Below, in pieces: positions 1 to 12,010 of a stretch of DNA of 63,192 nucleotides (positions are counted from its first letter, which is position 1; each line of letters opens with the position of its first letter). The notes under the pieces are model-generated. The model was not told where the DNA came from. It saw nothing but the letters and a program-made list of their open reading frames with translations, and ran no database searches. Location: assembly GCF_004010195.1 (NCBI RefSeq), contig NC_057719.1, positions 68,873,430 to 68,936,621 on the forward strand. The letters run 5' to 3'. This DNA comes from Chiloscyllium plagiosum (Eukaryota). Both the position numbers and the translations under genes were made by a program.

Positions 1-580
1 ACAAGGTTTCCCATGGGAGACTGATTAGCAAGGTTAGATCTCATGGAATACAGGGAGAACTAGCCATTTGGATACAGAACTGGCTCAAAGGTAGAAGACA
101 GAGGGTGGTGGTGGAGGGTTGTTTTTCAGACTGGAGGCATGTGACCAGTGGAGTGCCACAAGGATCGGTGTTGGGTCCTCTACTTTTTGTCATTTACATA
201 AATGATTTGGATGCGAGCATAAGAGGTACAGTTAGTAAGTTTGCAGATGACACCAAAATTGGAGGTATAGTGAACAGGGTTACCTCAGATTACAACAGGG
301 TCTTGACCAGATGGGCCAATGTGCTGAGAAGTGGCAGATGGAGTTTAATTCAGATAAATGCGTGGTGCTGCATTTTGAGAAAGCAAATCTTAGCAGGACT
401 TATATACTTAATGGTAAGATCCTAGGAATGTTGCTGAACAGATACCTTGGATGCAGGTTCATAGCTCTTTGAAAGGGGAGTCGCAGGTAGATAGGATAGT
501 GAAGAAGGCATTTGGTATGCTTTCCTTTATTGGTCAGAATATTAATTACAGGAGTTGGGAGGTCATGTTGCAGCTGTACA
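1..580 (+). mobile_element. CR1-clade LINE fragment (RT domain), frameshifted
   Basis: ORF 105..425 contains [21 protein letters not shown]...[10 protein letters not shown], typical CR1 RT motifs. Confidence 0.9.
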
Positions 581-586
581 GCTGAA

Positions 587-842
587 TTATTCCCGACTCA
601 GGCGACTGACTGTGTGGAGTTTGCACATTCTCCCCGTGTCTGCGTAGGTTTCCTCCGGGTGCTCCGGTTTCCTCCCACAGTCCAAAGATGTGCGGGTCAG
701 GTGAATTGGCCATGCTAAATTGCCCGTAGTGTTAGGTTAAAGGGGTAAATGTAGGGGTATGGGTGGGTTGCGCTTCGGCGGGTCGGTGTGGACTTGTTGG
801 GCCGAAGGGCCTGTTTCCACACTGTAAGTAATCTAATCTAAA
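587..842 (+). mobile_element. HE1-type V-SINE, 5'-truncated
   Basis: V-domain ...tgtggagtttgcacattctccccgtgtctgcg...; tail gggccgaagggcctgtttccacactgtaagtaatctaatct. Confidence 0.9.
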
Positions 843-879
843 AAGAGGTGGGAGAGAGAGAGTGAGTGTGAGGCAACTG

Positions 880-1325
880 AGAAAAGTGTGTGGCACTTAG
901 CCTACAGCAGAGAAGAGCAGTGATATTCTGACAGTATTGCTGGCCAGTCCTCTGCACTATGAAGACAGTATGAACACAGGTGTGAACAGGGACTAGGTAA
1001 CCAGGGCCTGGTGGCACGGCCTGGTGGCACAGCCTGTTCTGCTGGTCCTCAGCGAAGAAGACCATTCCCATGATCCCTCAGTCCCAGCCAGAGAGTTACA
1101 ATATGATCTTCGCTTTCTCAAAATTTCAGATACTGTTTGTCAGTGAGCAGGGCAGCTTTGTCCGCATGCATAGTAGCCTCCCAAAGATGACAGATAATCA
1201 TTGAGTATCAAGTGGTTCTGGGACTGGTACATGGTACAGTGGAGCCAGACTTGTGTATGATAGACTCCACAGTGGTGTGGTGGGTAATTTGTGCAGTGCA
1301 TATCAGCAGATATGGTGAGAGAACC
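880..1325 (+). mobile_element. Possible very old Tx1/L1-like LINE ORF2 3' remnant
   Basis: Broken frames give WHLAYS...WPVL... and GARLVYDRLHSGVVGNLCSAYQQIW, loosely like Tx1 ORF2 C-termini. Weak. Confidence 0.25.
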
Positions 1326-1619
1326 TGTTAGTCCTCATTTTGAGAGACCCTCTAAAGAAACTCAACAAAACTCAGACTTCATAAAAAAAATCCAAGATTC
1401 AGTCCATTGCTGTTGTTTAGATAGGTGGTCTAAACAAAAACTAAATTACTTATCAGCACAGTAGGAACGTAGCTTTATTGAAAGGTTGCTTACAGTTGAT
1501 GGGTTAATGTTGATATATTTGTCAATATTTAGTATACTAATGAGTTCTAGTCATTGTCTAAGTACTGCAATTAAGAAGCTGTTAAGCAAATCTTTATATG
1601 GTGATATTTTAACTGTCTT

Positions 1620-1960
1620 CATAGAATCATAGAATCCCTACAGTGTGGAAACAGGCCATTAGGCCCAACAAATCCACACCGACCCTCTGAAGAGTAACCT
1701 TCCCGACCCTATTACTGCATATTTACCCAAGTCTAATGCACCTAACTTACACATTCCTGAACACTATGGGCAATTTAGCATGGCAAATTCACCTAACCTG
1801 CACATCTTTGGTGTGTGGGAAGAAACTGGAGCACCCAGAGTAAACCCATGCAGACATGGGTAGAATGTGCAAAATCCACACAGACTGTTGTCCGATGCTG
1901 GAATCAAACCTGGGTCCCTGGCGCTGTGAGGCAGCAGTGCTAAACACTGAACCACTGTGT
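1620..1960 (-). mobile_element. HE1-type V-SINE (older, GATTCTAT tail)
   Basis: Reverse complement of the same SINE body; the tail reads atagaatcatagaatccctacagtgtgg on the + strand. Confidence 0.88.
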
Positions 1961-2164
1961 CTTACACATGAACAAACCCACAAGGAACCATTTGGACCTT
2001 TCCAACATTCAATGTGATCACGGCTGATCTGGTCCCAGTGTGAATGACAGGGTGTGTGTAAAAGATGCTTTTAAAGGTTTTAAAGATGAAATTAACAGTA
2101 ATCATGATCTATATCACAATAGCCAATTGCTCAAATTATATTCATATCCAAAATTAGTTTTACA

Positions 2165-4760
2165 AAGATGAAATAGCTGGAAAAGCTCAGCACGTCTGGC
2201 AGCATCTTTGGAGAAAAATTAGTTAACATTTCAGGGCCAGTGACTCTTTCTCAGAACTGACTGTATGTCGGAAAAAATTGTTTTTTATGCAGAAGATAGG
2301 GTAGATGAGTGTGGCAAGGAGTAAATGATGGGTGGAGACAGAGTCTAAAGGGAGACAAGAACAGTTGGACAACAGTCAGCCTGGGAGAATGAATAGCTAC
2401 TAATGAGCGCTATTAATGGCGAACAACAGGTTGTGTGTAGTAGCAAACTATGTGATAACAAGGCCTGGTGTGTGGGGGTTGGGATAAGGACATGGTAAAA
2501 GGTGCCTCAAGCCCTAAAATTGTTGAACACGATATTGAGTCCAGAAGGCTGTAGAGCTCCAAGTGGAAAATGAGGTGCTGTTCTTCCAGCTTGCACTGAG
2601 CTTCGCTGGAGCACCAAGGCAAGCCTGAGACTGAGATGTTGGCCAGGGTACAGGGTGGTGTATCAAAATGACGGGCAACTGGAGGGCTCAGGGTCTCTTT
2701 AGCAGACCGAAAGTAGGTGCCCTGTGAAGCAGTCACCCAGTCTCTGCTTTGTTTCCCCAATGCAAAGGAGACCACATTGTGAACAGCGAATGCAGTAGAC
2801 TACGTTGAGTGAAGTGCAGATGAAGCAATGCTTTATCTGGAAGGTGTGTTTGGGCTTTTGGATACTGAGAAGGGAGGTGGTAAACGGGCAGGTGTTCCAC
2901 TTTCTATAGTTACAGGGTAGGTGCCATGATGCCATGGCAGGTTGGTGTCGGGAGTGAACCAGTGTGTCCTGGACGGAACAGCCCCTGCAGAAAGCTGGCA
3001 AGGGAGGGGAGGGGGATAGGTGTCTGGTGGTGGCATCCTGCTGGAGTTAGTGGAATGGCAGCTAATGATCCTCTGGGTGTGGATGCCGGTGGGATGTTAG
3101 GTCAGGACAAGGGGGACCCTATTGTTGTTGTTGGAGGGAAGAGAGGGGGTGAAGGCTGAAGTGCTGCAGATTGGTGGGACCCAGCTGAGGGCCCTGTCAA
3201 CTTCTTGCTCGGTTGAGGAAGAAGTTGGACATTTCAGACGCCCATTGTCGAAGTTGGCATCATCAGAACAGATGTGATGGAAACTGTGGAACTGGGAGAA
3301 TGGAGTTTTTATAGGTCGCAGGATGTGAGGATGTAGCTGAAGGTAAGAATAAGGTCGAAATTGGAAGCGAGCCTGATAAAGCTGTCTAATTCCGGATGAG
3401 AGGGGGAAGCAGCACCAATGATACCAACAATATACTGAAGAAAGAGTTATGGGTGGGGGTTGGAATAGGACGAGAACAAAGAATGTTCCATGTACTTCAC
3501 AAAGAGTCAGGCATAACTGGGGGCCGATGTGGGTGACCATGGCCATCCTTCTGATCAGAAGGAAGTAAGAGGAGTTAAAACAGAAGTTGTTCAGGATGAA
3601 GGTGAGCTTGGCCAGGCAGAGGAGGGTGGTGCAGTATGGGGAAGGTCTGGATTTTATTGGCAAGAGGAAGAAGAGAGCCCTGAGACCATCCTGATGGGGG
3701 AATTGTAAAGGAATTGCATGTCGGTGGTAAAGAAGAGGTAGCTAGAGACGCAGACTGGAAATTCTGAAACTGGTATGACATGTCAGAGGAATTGTGGATA
3801 TAATTCGGCAGGGACTAGACAATGGGAGAAAACAGAACCAAGTTGAGTTAGGAAAAGATTAGCTCTGTGGGGCAGGAGCAACAGAACCAATAAGTCTGTT
3901 TGTGGATTTTGGGAAAGAGGTAGGTGCGAGCTGTGCAGGGTTTGGAGACTATGAGCCCGGACGCTGTGGTAATAGCATTTTTTTTACCAAGAAGAAGTGG
4001 TGGGGATGGGAGATGGAGGTCCGCAGATGCAATGATGTTAGTGACCATAGTGGACACAATGGCCTGATGTTGCATGGTGGGGTCATGGTCGAGGAGGAGG
4101 TATCTGAGAGCTGGTGCTCAGGCTATGCAATGTTGAGGCCAGTCCACCGAACAACAACAGCACCATCCTTGTCAGCAAGCTTAATTACGAAGTCATGGTT
4201 GGATCTGAGAGCATGGAATGCAGTCAGTTCACGGCAAGATAAGTTGGAATGGGTGGGGGAGAGGTGTGCAGAGAAATTAAGGCAACCGATGTCATGTCGA
4301 CACTTCTCAACGAGCAAGTTAAGTGCAGATAAAAGGCCAGAAAGAGGGGTCCAGGTCGAGGGAGAGTGTTGGAGGTGGACGAAGGGGTCTGTGGGACTGG
4401 GAGAGGGCTCTTATCCAAAGAAATGGGAACGGAAGTTAAGGTAATGGACGAAGAGGTCAATGACATGTCATGCCTGGAATTATTCAGGTGGGAATGCAGA
4501 GGGGTAAAACTGAATGTTCAGTATCAGAGAACTGAAGTTCGGGAGGGATAGTAAATACATTGCGGTAGTTTGGTTTGGGAGAGGGGATGGAATCAGAGGG
4601 ATGTGAAGGGGAGGAAGGTTCCGGAGAGTCATGGGTATCTCTGAGTTGTTGCATCTTGTGTTCCTTGATGCCTGAAAAGAAAAGGATAAGTTTCTTCCTT
4701 AGCACGCCGAATGAGCTCGATGATGAAGTGGAACTGGGGAGCAATGGTGTATGGGATTAC
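2165..4760 (-). mobile_element. Penelope-like retroelement relic (RT + GIY-YIG endonuclease + 3' terminal repeat), frameshifted
   Basis: Minus-strand fragments VIKLADKDGAVVV, PKIHK, FCFNSSYFL..MAMVTHIGP, RVPLVLT and CTSLNVVYCIRCSQCGLLCIGETKQRLGDCF.GH (GIY-YIG). The 3' end carries a degraded hammerhead-like core at 2221-2258. Confidence 0.9.
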
Positions 4761-6029
4761 AAACATATTGTTGACTATGCTGGAGTGGTATGAAACAAAG
4801 TTTCTCTGAATTTTGCTTTGAGTATATTGGTTTTTCCAGAAAGCAAATAAAATTTGAATTTGAAAAAATCAAAATGATGATATCAGGACTTATGCATTTG
4901 TTAGATTTGTGTCCATAAATCATAATTTTTTTTGTATTAATATGCTGCGAAAAGTGTCCACGAGTGATTGTCAGTGTGCCCCTTTTCAGAATGTATTCAG
5001 ATGCTCCTGTAACACATTTAGCACAAGCTGAAGTTTATGAAAGTAAATGGTTTACTTACCTCTGCAGTGAAGCATCAAAGTGAAGGAAGTAGGCTTGCTG
5101 CTGCTTAAATAACAGGCTTGCGCTGTGTTGAAGAACTACTTCATGATGTGATTAGAAGCTCCTGCTGCGTAGGAAATGTGGGGAAATCTTGCATACTTTG
5201 TCAACATATGCTCCCTGCTGCTAATAGGCTTTAACCTATTTCCTGATTGTTACATTTACCATGCAAATATTACCGTTCTGAGATTAAGCCTATATCCATC
5301 AGAGAACTTGAAAGAAAGAGTTTTGTGTGGAGTGATTTAAAAATTAAAAGTTATCATCCAGGGAGATTAAAAGAGATAATGAACAAGAAGTCTGTTTTTC
5401 AATATGGTGGCAGGGGCTCAGAGGGGTTTAAGTCCAGATGCTTGGTTGAAAAATATTTTGGCAGGTTAAAAATAATAAGAGCTGCATGGAACATTTCCAA
5501 GTGTCAGGTTTTAAAATAGGTTGAAGCAAGTTGCAGAATCATTCTATATACTTGGCATCCAATCACTCCTGTACTTACATAACCAAAGGCACTTTGATCA
5601 TCTTCAACATACAAATACCAATTTTATACTGAAGAAAAGCTTTGCATCTAATTATTGGTCTTGGGCTGGCACAGTAATAACTGCAGTGAATCAAGTCATT
5701 TTTGAGTACAGTGTTTAGCCTGTGTTTTTTTTATATAACCGTTTTTATGATTGGGCCAACTCAAAAGTGAATCTGATGATTTTAAGGGCAGGTAAGCTCA
5801 AAGAATAACTTCCTTTTTGTCTTTGAGAAGAGAGTATCCAGAGCAGAATGTTCTAAGACCATAAAACAATAAGAAGTAGGAAGAGGAGTTGGCTATTCAG
5901 CCCATTAAGACTGTTCCACCATTCAATACGATCATGTTTGATCAGTCATTCCTCATGACCACATTCTTGCCCTTTTCCCGTAACCTTTGATTCCCTTAAT
6001 GATCAAGAATCTATCTGTCTATATTATAT

Positions 6030-6273
6030 ATAGAACATAGAAAAATACAGCGCAGTACAGGCCCTTTGGCTCTCGATGTTGCGCCGATCCAAACCCACCT
6101 AACCGACACTAGCCCACTATCCTCCATATGCTTATCCAATGCCCGTTTAAATGCCCATAAAGAGGGAGAGTCCACCACTGCTACTGGCAGGGCATTCCAT
6201 GAACTCACGACTTGCTGAGTAAAGAATCTACCCCTAACATCTGTCCTATACGTACCACCCCTTAATTTAAAGC
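6030..6273 (-). mobile_element. Young CR1 LINE 3' end inserted in a TA/CA microsatellite
   Basis: Encodes FKLRGGTYRTDVRGRFFTQQVVSSWNALP...FKRALDKHM (CR1 ORF2 C-terminus); tatatatag on both sides. Confidence 0.85.
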
Positions 6274-6507
6274 TATATATATAGATATATAATACACGCA
6301 CACACACACACAGACTCTGACCCCACTGCTCTTTGTGATAAGCAGTTCCAAAGATTCTCAGCCCTTTGAGAGAAGAAATTCTTCCTCATCTAAGTTTTAA
6401 ATTGTTGCCCCTTTATTCTGAGACTGTGCCCTCTGGTCCAAGATTCTTTAAGAAGGGAAAACATCCTCTCAGCATTTACCCTGTCAAGACCCTCAAGAAC
6501 CCTATGT

Positions 6508-6830
6508 TTATTTTTTTTTATTTATTCATAGGATCAGGGTGTCACTGGCTAGGCCAGCATTTGTTGCTCATCCCTAATTGCCCAGAGAGGGGTTAAGAGT
6601 CTTTAGGTCTGGAGTCACATGTAAACCAAACCAGGTAAGGATATGACCGTTTCCTTCCCTAAATGACATTAGTGAACCAGAGGGATTTTTCGAACACTTG
6701 CCAATGGATTCATGGTCGTCAGTAGACTCTTAATTCCAGACTTTATTTAATTCAAATTCAGGTCCCGAGAACATTGCCTGAGTCTCTAGATTAACAGTCC
6801 AGTGATAATGCCACTCGGACATTACCTCCC
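6508..6830 (-). mobile_element. Second tRNA-derived SINE family
   Basis: Similar copies at 23730-23995 and 54745-55021; A-rich tail (T-run on + strand) and tRNA-like head. Confidence 0.7.
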
Positions 6831-9331
6831 AATGAAATCACCTCTCATTAGCGCAAACTCCAGTGAATAGAGTGCAGTTCTATTTAGCTTTTGCTGATAA
6901 GGCAATCCCTCCATTCCAAGGATCATCCTCGTGAACCTTTTCTGAACTGCCTCCAATGAAATTATATTTTTCCCTAAATAAAGGGATCAAAACTGCACAG
7001 AGTACTTCACAGAATGGAGAAACTATTCATTTTGTTTGGCTATCAAGAATGAGTAATGTAACAATAAAAATACATATGGACCATTGAAGTGAGAAATCAG
7101 AATGCACTTTCCCTCACAATAGGTAGTAGAATTCAAGAATTCCACAGCCAAAAGGTTGTGATTGCCAGAATAGCTGGAGAATTAAAGTTTGTGATGCATA
7201 TGTTTTTGTTGACTTAAGATGAGAAACTAGTGGTTAAATATAATGGCCAGTATCAATTAGGTAGAGTAACATACAGTACATACATTACGTCCAATTTAAG
7301 CTGTGCAAGAGTGAGTAGATGCTGAATGGTTTGACACTGAGTTCATTGTTACCACACCCTGTCTGTCAAGGTCAGTTACTGTAAAGTGGATATTACAATC
7401 TAATCTTGATTAAACATCAACTAGAAAATTGCATTGTTCCTATAAATGAAAATCAGTAGTGAAGAAGTGACAATCCACTCAAATTAATACAAACTGCGGG
7501 AAGAATAGAAGATGAATGTTTTCTATGAAACTGAGGTGCAGCAGAAACCATGTTCCATGATTTATTTTTTTTTTGAAGATGAAAGTTCATTGTGTAGTTT
7601 TCTTCAGTTCCATTTGGCAATGAAAGGGGAGTAAATATATTAAAATATATATTTGATAATCATGCACAATATAACAAATTCATGGATGAGATATTTGTAT
7701 AAGAAGCAAAATAATAAACTTGAAAATTATCTTGGAGAAATAAATTTATAAGAACGTCAAGGAAAGAGAAAAATGCTCAAAGTTGCACAGGTCGTGGAAT
7801 AGCATTGATCTATTTCTAGGTAAGCAAGTCGTGTAAATAGGGAAACTGTGGAGCAAATTGTTAGATCAACTAACTGAAACTTCGAAGAAATGGGGACACA
7901 ATGATTCTCGTAGAAAAGTATTTCATGTTTTCAAACATGGAGAACTTAACTGTAAGTCATGTCAGACTGGATCAAAGTGTTTTGAACATAGCCAATATTT
8001 CTGTTCTGCAATGGAAACAGATAAATGTTTCATGAACACAACATCTTTTTTCCTTATTTTCTGATAGCTCTTTAATATTGTGCAGGTTGGAAATTAAAAA
8101 TTTACCCTGGATCCCATAATGCAAATAATTTTGGGTGATATAACCATTGGCTGGACACTTTATGAACAATTACCAACACTTATGACTGAGATGAGTAAAC
8201 CACTAAATCAATAGCCATTTATTTATTTATACCACTTTCCACATATATAAAAGAAAACTTTACACCCCATAATAAGGTGAAATGCTCTATTTAAAAGAAG
8301 AAGTAAATTTTGGTGTGACTGTGTGTATGTGTGAGAGGATGGTACCATTAGACCAGCATTCTTGACCGTGGATTCTTGCAAAGGCAATGTGGATGGTGTT
8401 TCCCCAGTGCTTTGAGGTGTCCACTTAAAAGGCACCTTCAGCCGCTGAAGCCTAAAGAAATATATAGACTGGTCTAGCAAATGTGCGCTTCCACTTTCTA
8501 TCCTTACCCCTGTTATGAAGATGTAAGGTGTACTGTATCTTTAAGAGAGTTGAAAGATCTAGCAAGTACACAGAGTGCTGGAGAATTTACAGTGTAACAT
8601 TTGGTCCAGCAGCTAGCAGTATCTGGGTTGCTATGAGACAAAAACAACTTCAAATTCGGCCAATCAGTTTAAATTATGCCCCAAAGATACTAAACTCCAA
8701 TTAAGTGCGAACTTAGTATTTTGGCAATATTAAAACCAATGAAACGATCCAATGTTTTGGGGTACAAACCCCATTAAAAAAAATTGAACAGTTGGAGGTG
8801 AACTGCCAAGCCACCAACATATGCAGACTACCTGGAGAATAGCTCTCTTAAAGGTAAGGAGTTCTCAGTTATCTGTAAGAATAATAGGGTGGTTATGGTA
8901 GGGGATTTTGACTTTCCAAACATAGACTGGGACTGTCATAGTGTTAAGGATTTAGATGGACAGGAATTTGTTAAGGGTGTACAAGAAAATTTTCTGATTC
9001 AGTCTGTGGATGTACCTACTAGAGAAGGTGCAAAACTTGACCTACTCTTGTGAAATAAGGCAGGGAGGTGACTGAGGTGTCAGTGGAGGAGCACTTTGGG
9101 GCCGGCGACCATAATTCTATCAGTTTTAAAATAATGATGGAAAAGGATAGACCAGATCTAAAAGTTGAACTTATAAATTGGAGGAAGGCCAGTTTTGACA
9201 GTATTAGGCAAGAACTTTCAAAAGCTGATTGGGGGGTTAGATGTTCGCAGGTAAAGGGATGGCTGGAAAATGAGAGGCCTTCAGAAATGAGATAACAAGA
9301 ATCCAGAGAAAGTATATTCCTGTCAGGGTGA

Positions 9332-9498
9332 AAGGAACAGGAGAATCGACGTTTCGGGCATAAGCCCTTCTTCAGGAATGGGCTTATGCCCGAAACGTCG
9401 ATTCTCCTGTTCCTTGGATGCTGCCTGACCTGCTGCGCTTTTCCAGCAACACATTTTCAGCTCTGATCTCCAGCATCTGCAGCCCTCACTTTCTCTCT
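9332..9498. mobile_element. Penelope-derived fold-back element with hammerhead-like core
   Basis: Perfect 36-bp inverted repeat (9332-9367 / 9380-9415) with a 12-nt loop; family tail ccagcatctgcagccctcactttctc. Confidence 0.8.
9344..9379 (-). ncRNA. Minimal type-I hammerhead ribozyme-like motif
   Basis: AUUC-CUGAAGA-A-GGGC-UUAU-GCCC-GAAAC-GUC-GAUU. Confidence 0.6.
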
Positions 9499-11943
9499 TA
9501 TAGACAGAATAGATCAAGTGAATCCTTAGAAGAGTATAAAGGCAGTAGGAGTATACTTAAGACGGAAATCAGGAAGGTAAAAAGGAGACATGAGATAGCT
9601 TTGGCAAAGGAAGGTAATGCTTTGGGAAAGAATAGCCTGATATGTCTTCCATAAAACAAACAAAATCTCTGAAACATTCAGTCTTTGAGCGGCAACTGCA
9701 AATAACTGCAAATAACTTGTGTGATAAAACAGGATGAAGGCATCATAGATGTTCACAAAGCTCGTCCGGCCTTGATCTCATGCAAAATTCATGAACGTTA
9801 ATGCTGATCTTTTTTAGGGTGTACACAATAGGAACAAAATAAATGTATTAACAGTTGACTCCACAGCAGGCATTTCTACACTGTCGGTGACATTTTGAAA
9901 CGGAAGCATTCTTCTTGCACACACACCTGGTTGGCAGCACCAACATGGTGAGGATAGCAGTGCACATATTGGGAGTGTGCATCAGAATTACACAAGTAGG
10001 AGACTATGATTGCTGCACTGCTACAGTTGCAGTTTTGCTCAGGGAGCAAAAAAACAGGGATATGGAGCAAAAGGAGCAAAGAAAAGAAATAAGCTGCAAA
10101 TGTAGATGACTGTGGATGGAGGACCAGTGGAGAAGGACTTTAAGCAGGCAACTGTATCTATCTACGATCACCTGTAAAAGCTTCTGTTATGTCCACCTCA
10201 TACTGAAGGGTGTGTACGTTCTCTGTTCTGAACAAAGAAGGTGCTTTATTTAAATATGGTGATTCCCCTCCCGTCATTCCCAGTCTTAATTAAACTTTCC
10301 CCAAAATTACCTAAGTTCTCCAGTCTGATACCAAACAGATTATAAAGCTATCAATAGATGAGGGTAGGTTATCCTTCCATATAAATCTATAGTCCCCACC
10401 AGCACAGCATCCAATTGTCTTTTGAATAAACGCTTGAGGTTTTATCACCCCTTCACCATCTGAAATTTTATTGCAGTTGTTAATCAGTCTTTGTACAAAA
10501 TGTTTCTAAAAATTACGACTGTGCTTCCCTTTCATCAACTTGTATTTCTCATGCTTTATAATATAAATTGTAGTTTATCAAGATAATATGGAGGCACATG
10601 TCACTTTAACAAAATTCCAAGGCTACCTTGAGGTCTTCAAAATCCTGGCAGTTGTATTCCCACTGAAGTTACTATTATGACACTTGATAAATGAAGAATA
10701 ATGCGTAAAGTTAGTACTGGAAGGCGATCTCGCTTGGCTCTGTTCTCCTGGAGTCAGATACAATGAGTTGAATTATAAGCCCATCTCATCCACATGCTAT
10801 CAACATTGATAGGACAAAATGGTATGATCTTAACCTGACTTGATTAGTGTTGGATTAATAATAATCTAGAGGTTTGGACAAATAATCCTGCAATGTTATC
10901 CCACCGTGGCCATTTGAATATTTGTATTCAGCTATTGTAACATCTGGAAATATTTTTTTTAAAATGTGTTTGTGTCAGATTGTTGTTGTGAAAAGGTATC
11001 TGGTTTACAAATGGAAGGAAGTCGGCTGACCTTAGGTTCTCGAGCCTGTGACTCGTCCCTCACCCTGGGAAGTAAGCTAGCTCCCACTCAATTGCATCAT
11101 ACTGTTCCACGATAACTAATGATGTGTAATTAATGCATGTATTAAATGAGATAGGCATTGCCTTATGTCAAACAGTATTCCTGATGCTATCAATGGTGGG
11201 GTTGGTCTTGAAGCCTATATTTTGTTGAGCATTGTAAACATCATATGCTGAGCTCTACATCCCCGTGGTGACCATGTGATCTCAAATGAAAGAAGTCACT
11301 CAATTCTCACATTTGTTCTTCAGTTTTGAAACTTCTGATAGTGGGAATAAGAGTCCTCGTTGACAGTCAGAATACAGTAGCTTAAATAGCAAGGTATGCT
11401 GGGTGTGATCAGATCCTCTCAACAAGTTTTTGGTGACAACGGTTTTTGAAAGTGCTGCATAGTTTAGAGTTGTATCCAACTTGCAATCAACTGGGCAAAA
11501 ACAGAAGACTTTGAGAAGTTGCTTCATTTTCAAAGGTAATAAAACAGTGTTAAATATCTGAGACAGTACTTAGATCAGAAGCATGCAGGAAAGAAAGCCA
11601 CAATATTTGGAACTTATTCCAATAGATTTCACAAAATGAAAAAGAATGATACTCTGTGATGGGTAGGAGAAAGAAACCCTCAAAATAAATGGATAATTTT
11701 TTTTCCCCTGTTTACAATGTATCTCACCTCGCCTTACCCTCCTTTTTCATAGATATAGGTGGAAAATAATCAAAAATTAACTTGGCCAAGTTAACTATGA
11801 GGAATGTTCGGAATTCCTGAGCACAAACAAAACTGCATAGCTTTCCAAGGTAGGGCACCAAGCTGTTGATTTGTATCATCATCCTTAAACTGACTATAAA
11901 TTAAAAATGGCCTAATTCCTCTATAAACCTTCGATAAAATCTG

Positions 11944-12010
11944 ATCATTCCATCCTCAGGAATAACAGTTAGAAAATCACTCCATCCTCAGGAATAACAG
12001 TTAGAAAATC
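11944..12010. repeat. 32-bp tandem duplication
   Basis: ATCA(T/C)TCCATCCTCAGGAATAACAGTTAGAAA occurs twice with one mismatch. Confidence 0.9.

Larger units (their letters stand above)
5857..7010 (-). mobile_element. CR1-type LINE 3' fragment hosting two nested insertions
   Basis: CR1 3'-end sequence at 5857-6020 resumes at about 6313-6505 and about 6831-7010. Confidence 0.75.
8858..9610 (+). mobile_element. Internal CR1 LINE fragment (endonuclease region)
   Basis: Reads RVVMVGDFDFPNIDW...PTREGAKLDLLL...DHNSISF; flanked by aaggtaa at 8851-8857 and 9611-9617. Confidence 0.85.

Noticed and set aside
3902..4444. 180-aa plus-strand ORF and other short ORFs in the track
   Set aside because: They are antisense or off-frame shadows of Penelope, CR1 or SINE sequence, or random ORFs without motifs or splice context.
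8511..8850. TG-initiated LTR-like segment (similar impressions at about 15300-16580, 55800-56560 and 61560-62050)
   Set aside because: I could not define a second LTR, PBS/PPT, TSD or internal domain.
9332..9415. Hairpins as pre-miRNAs, terminators or CRISPR repeats
   Set aside because: They are dispersed multi-copy insertions with TSDs in a vertebrate genome, with no repeat-spacer array.
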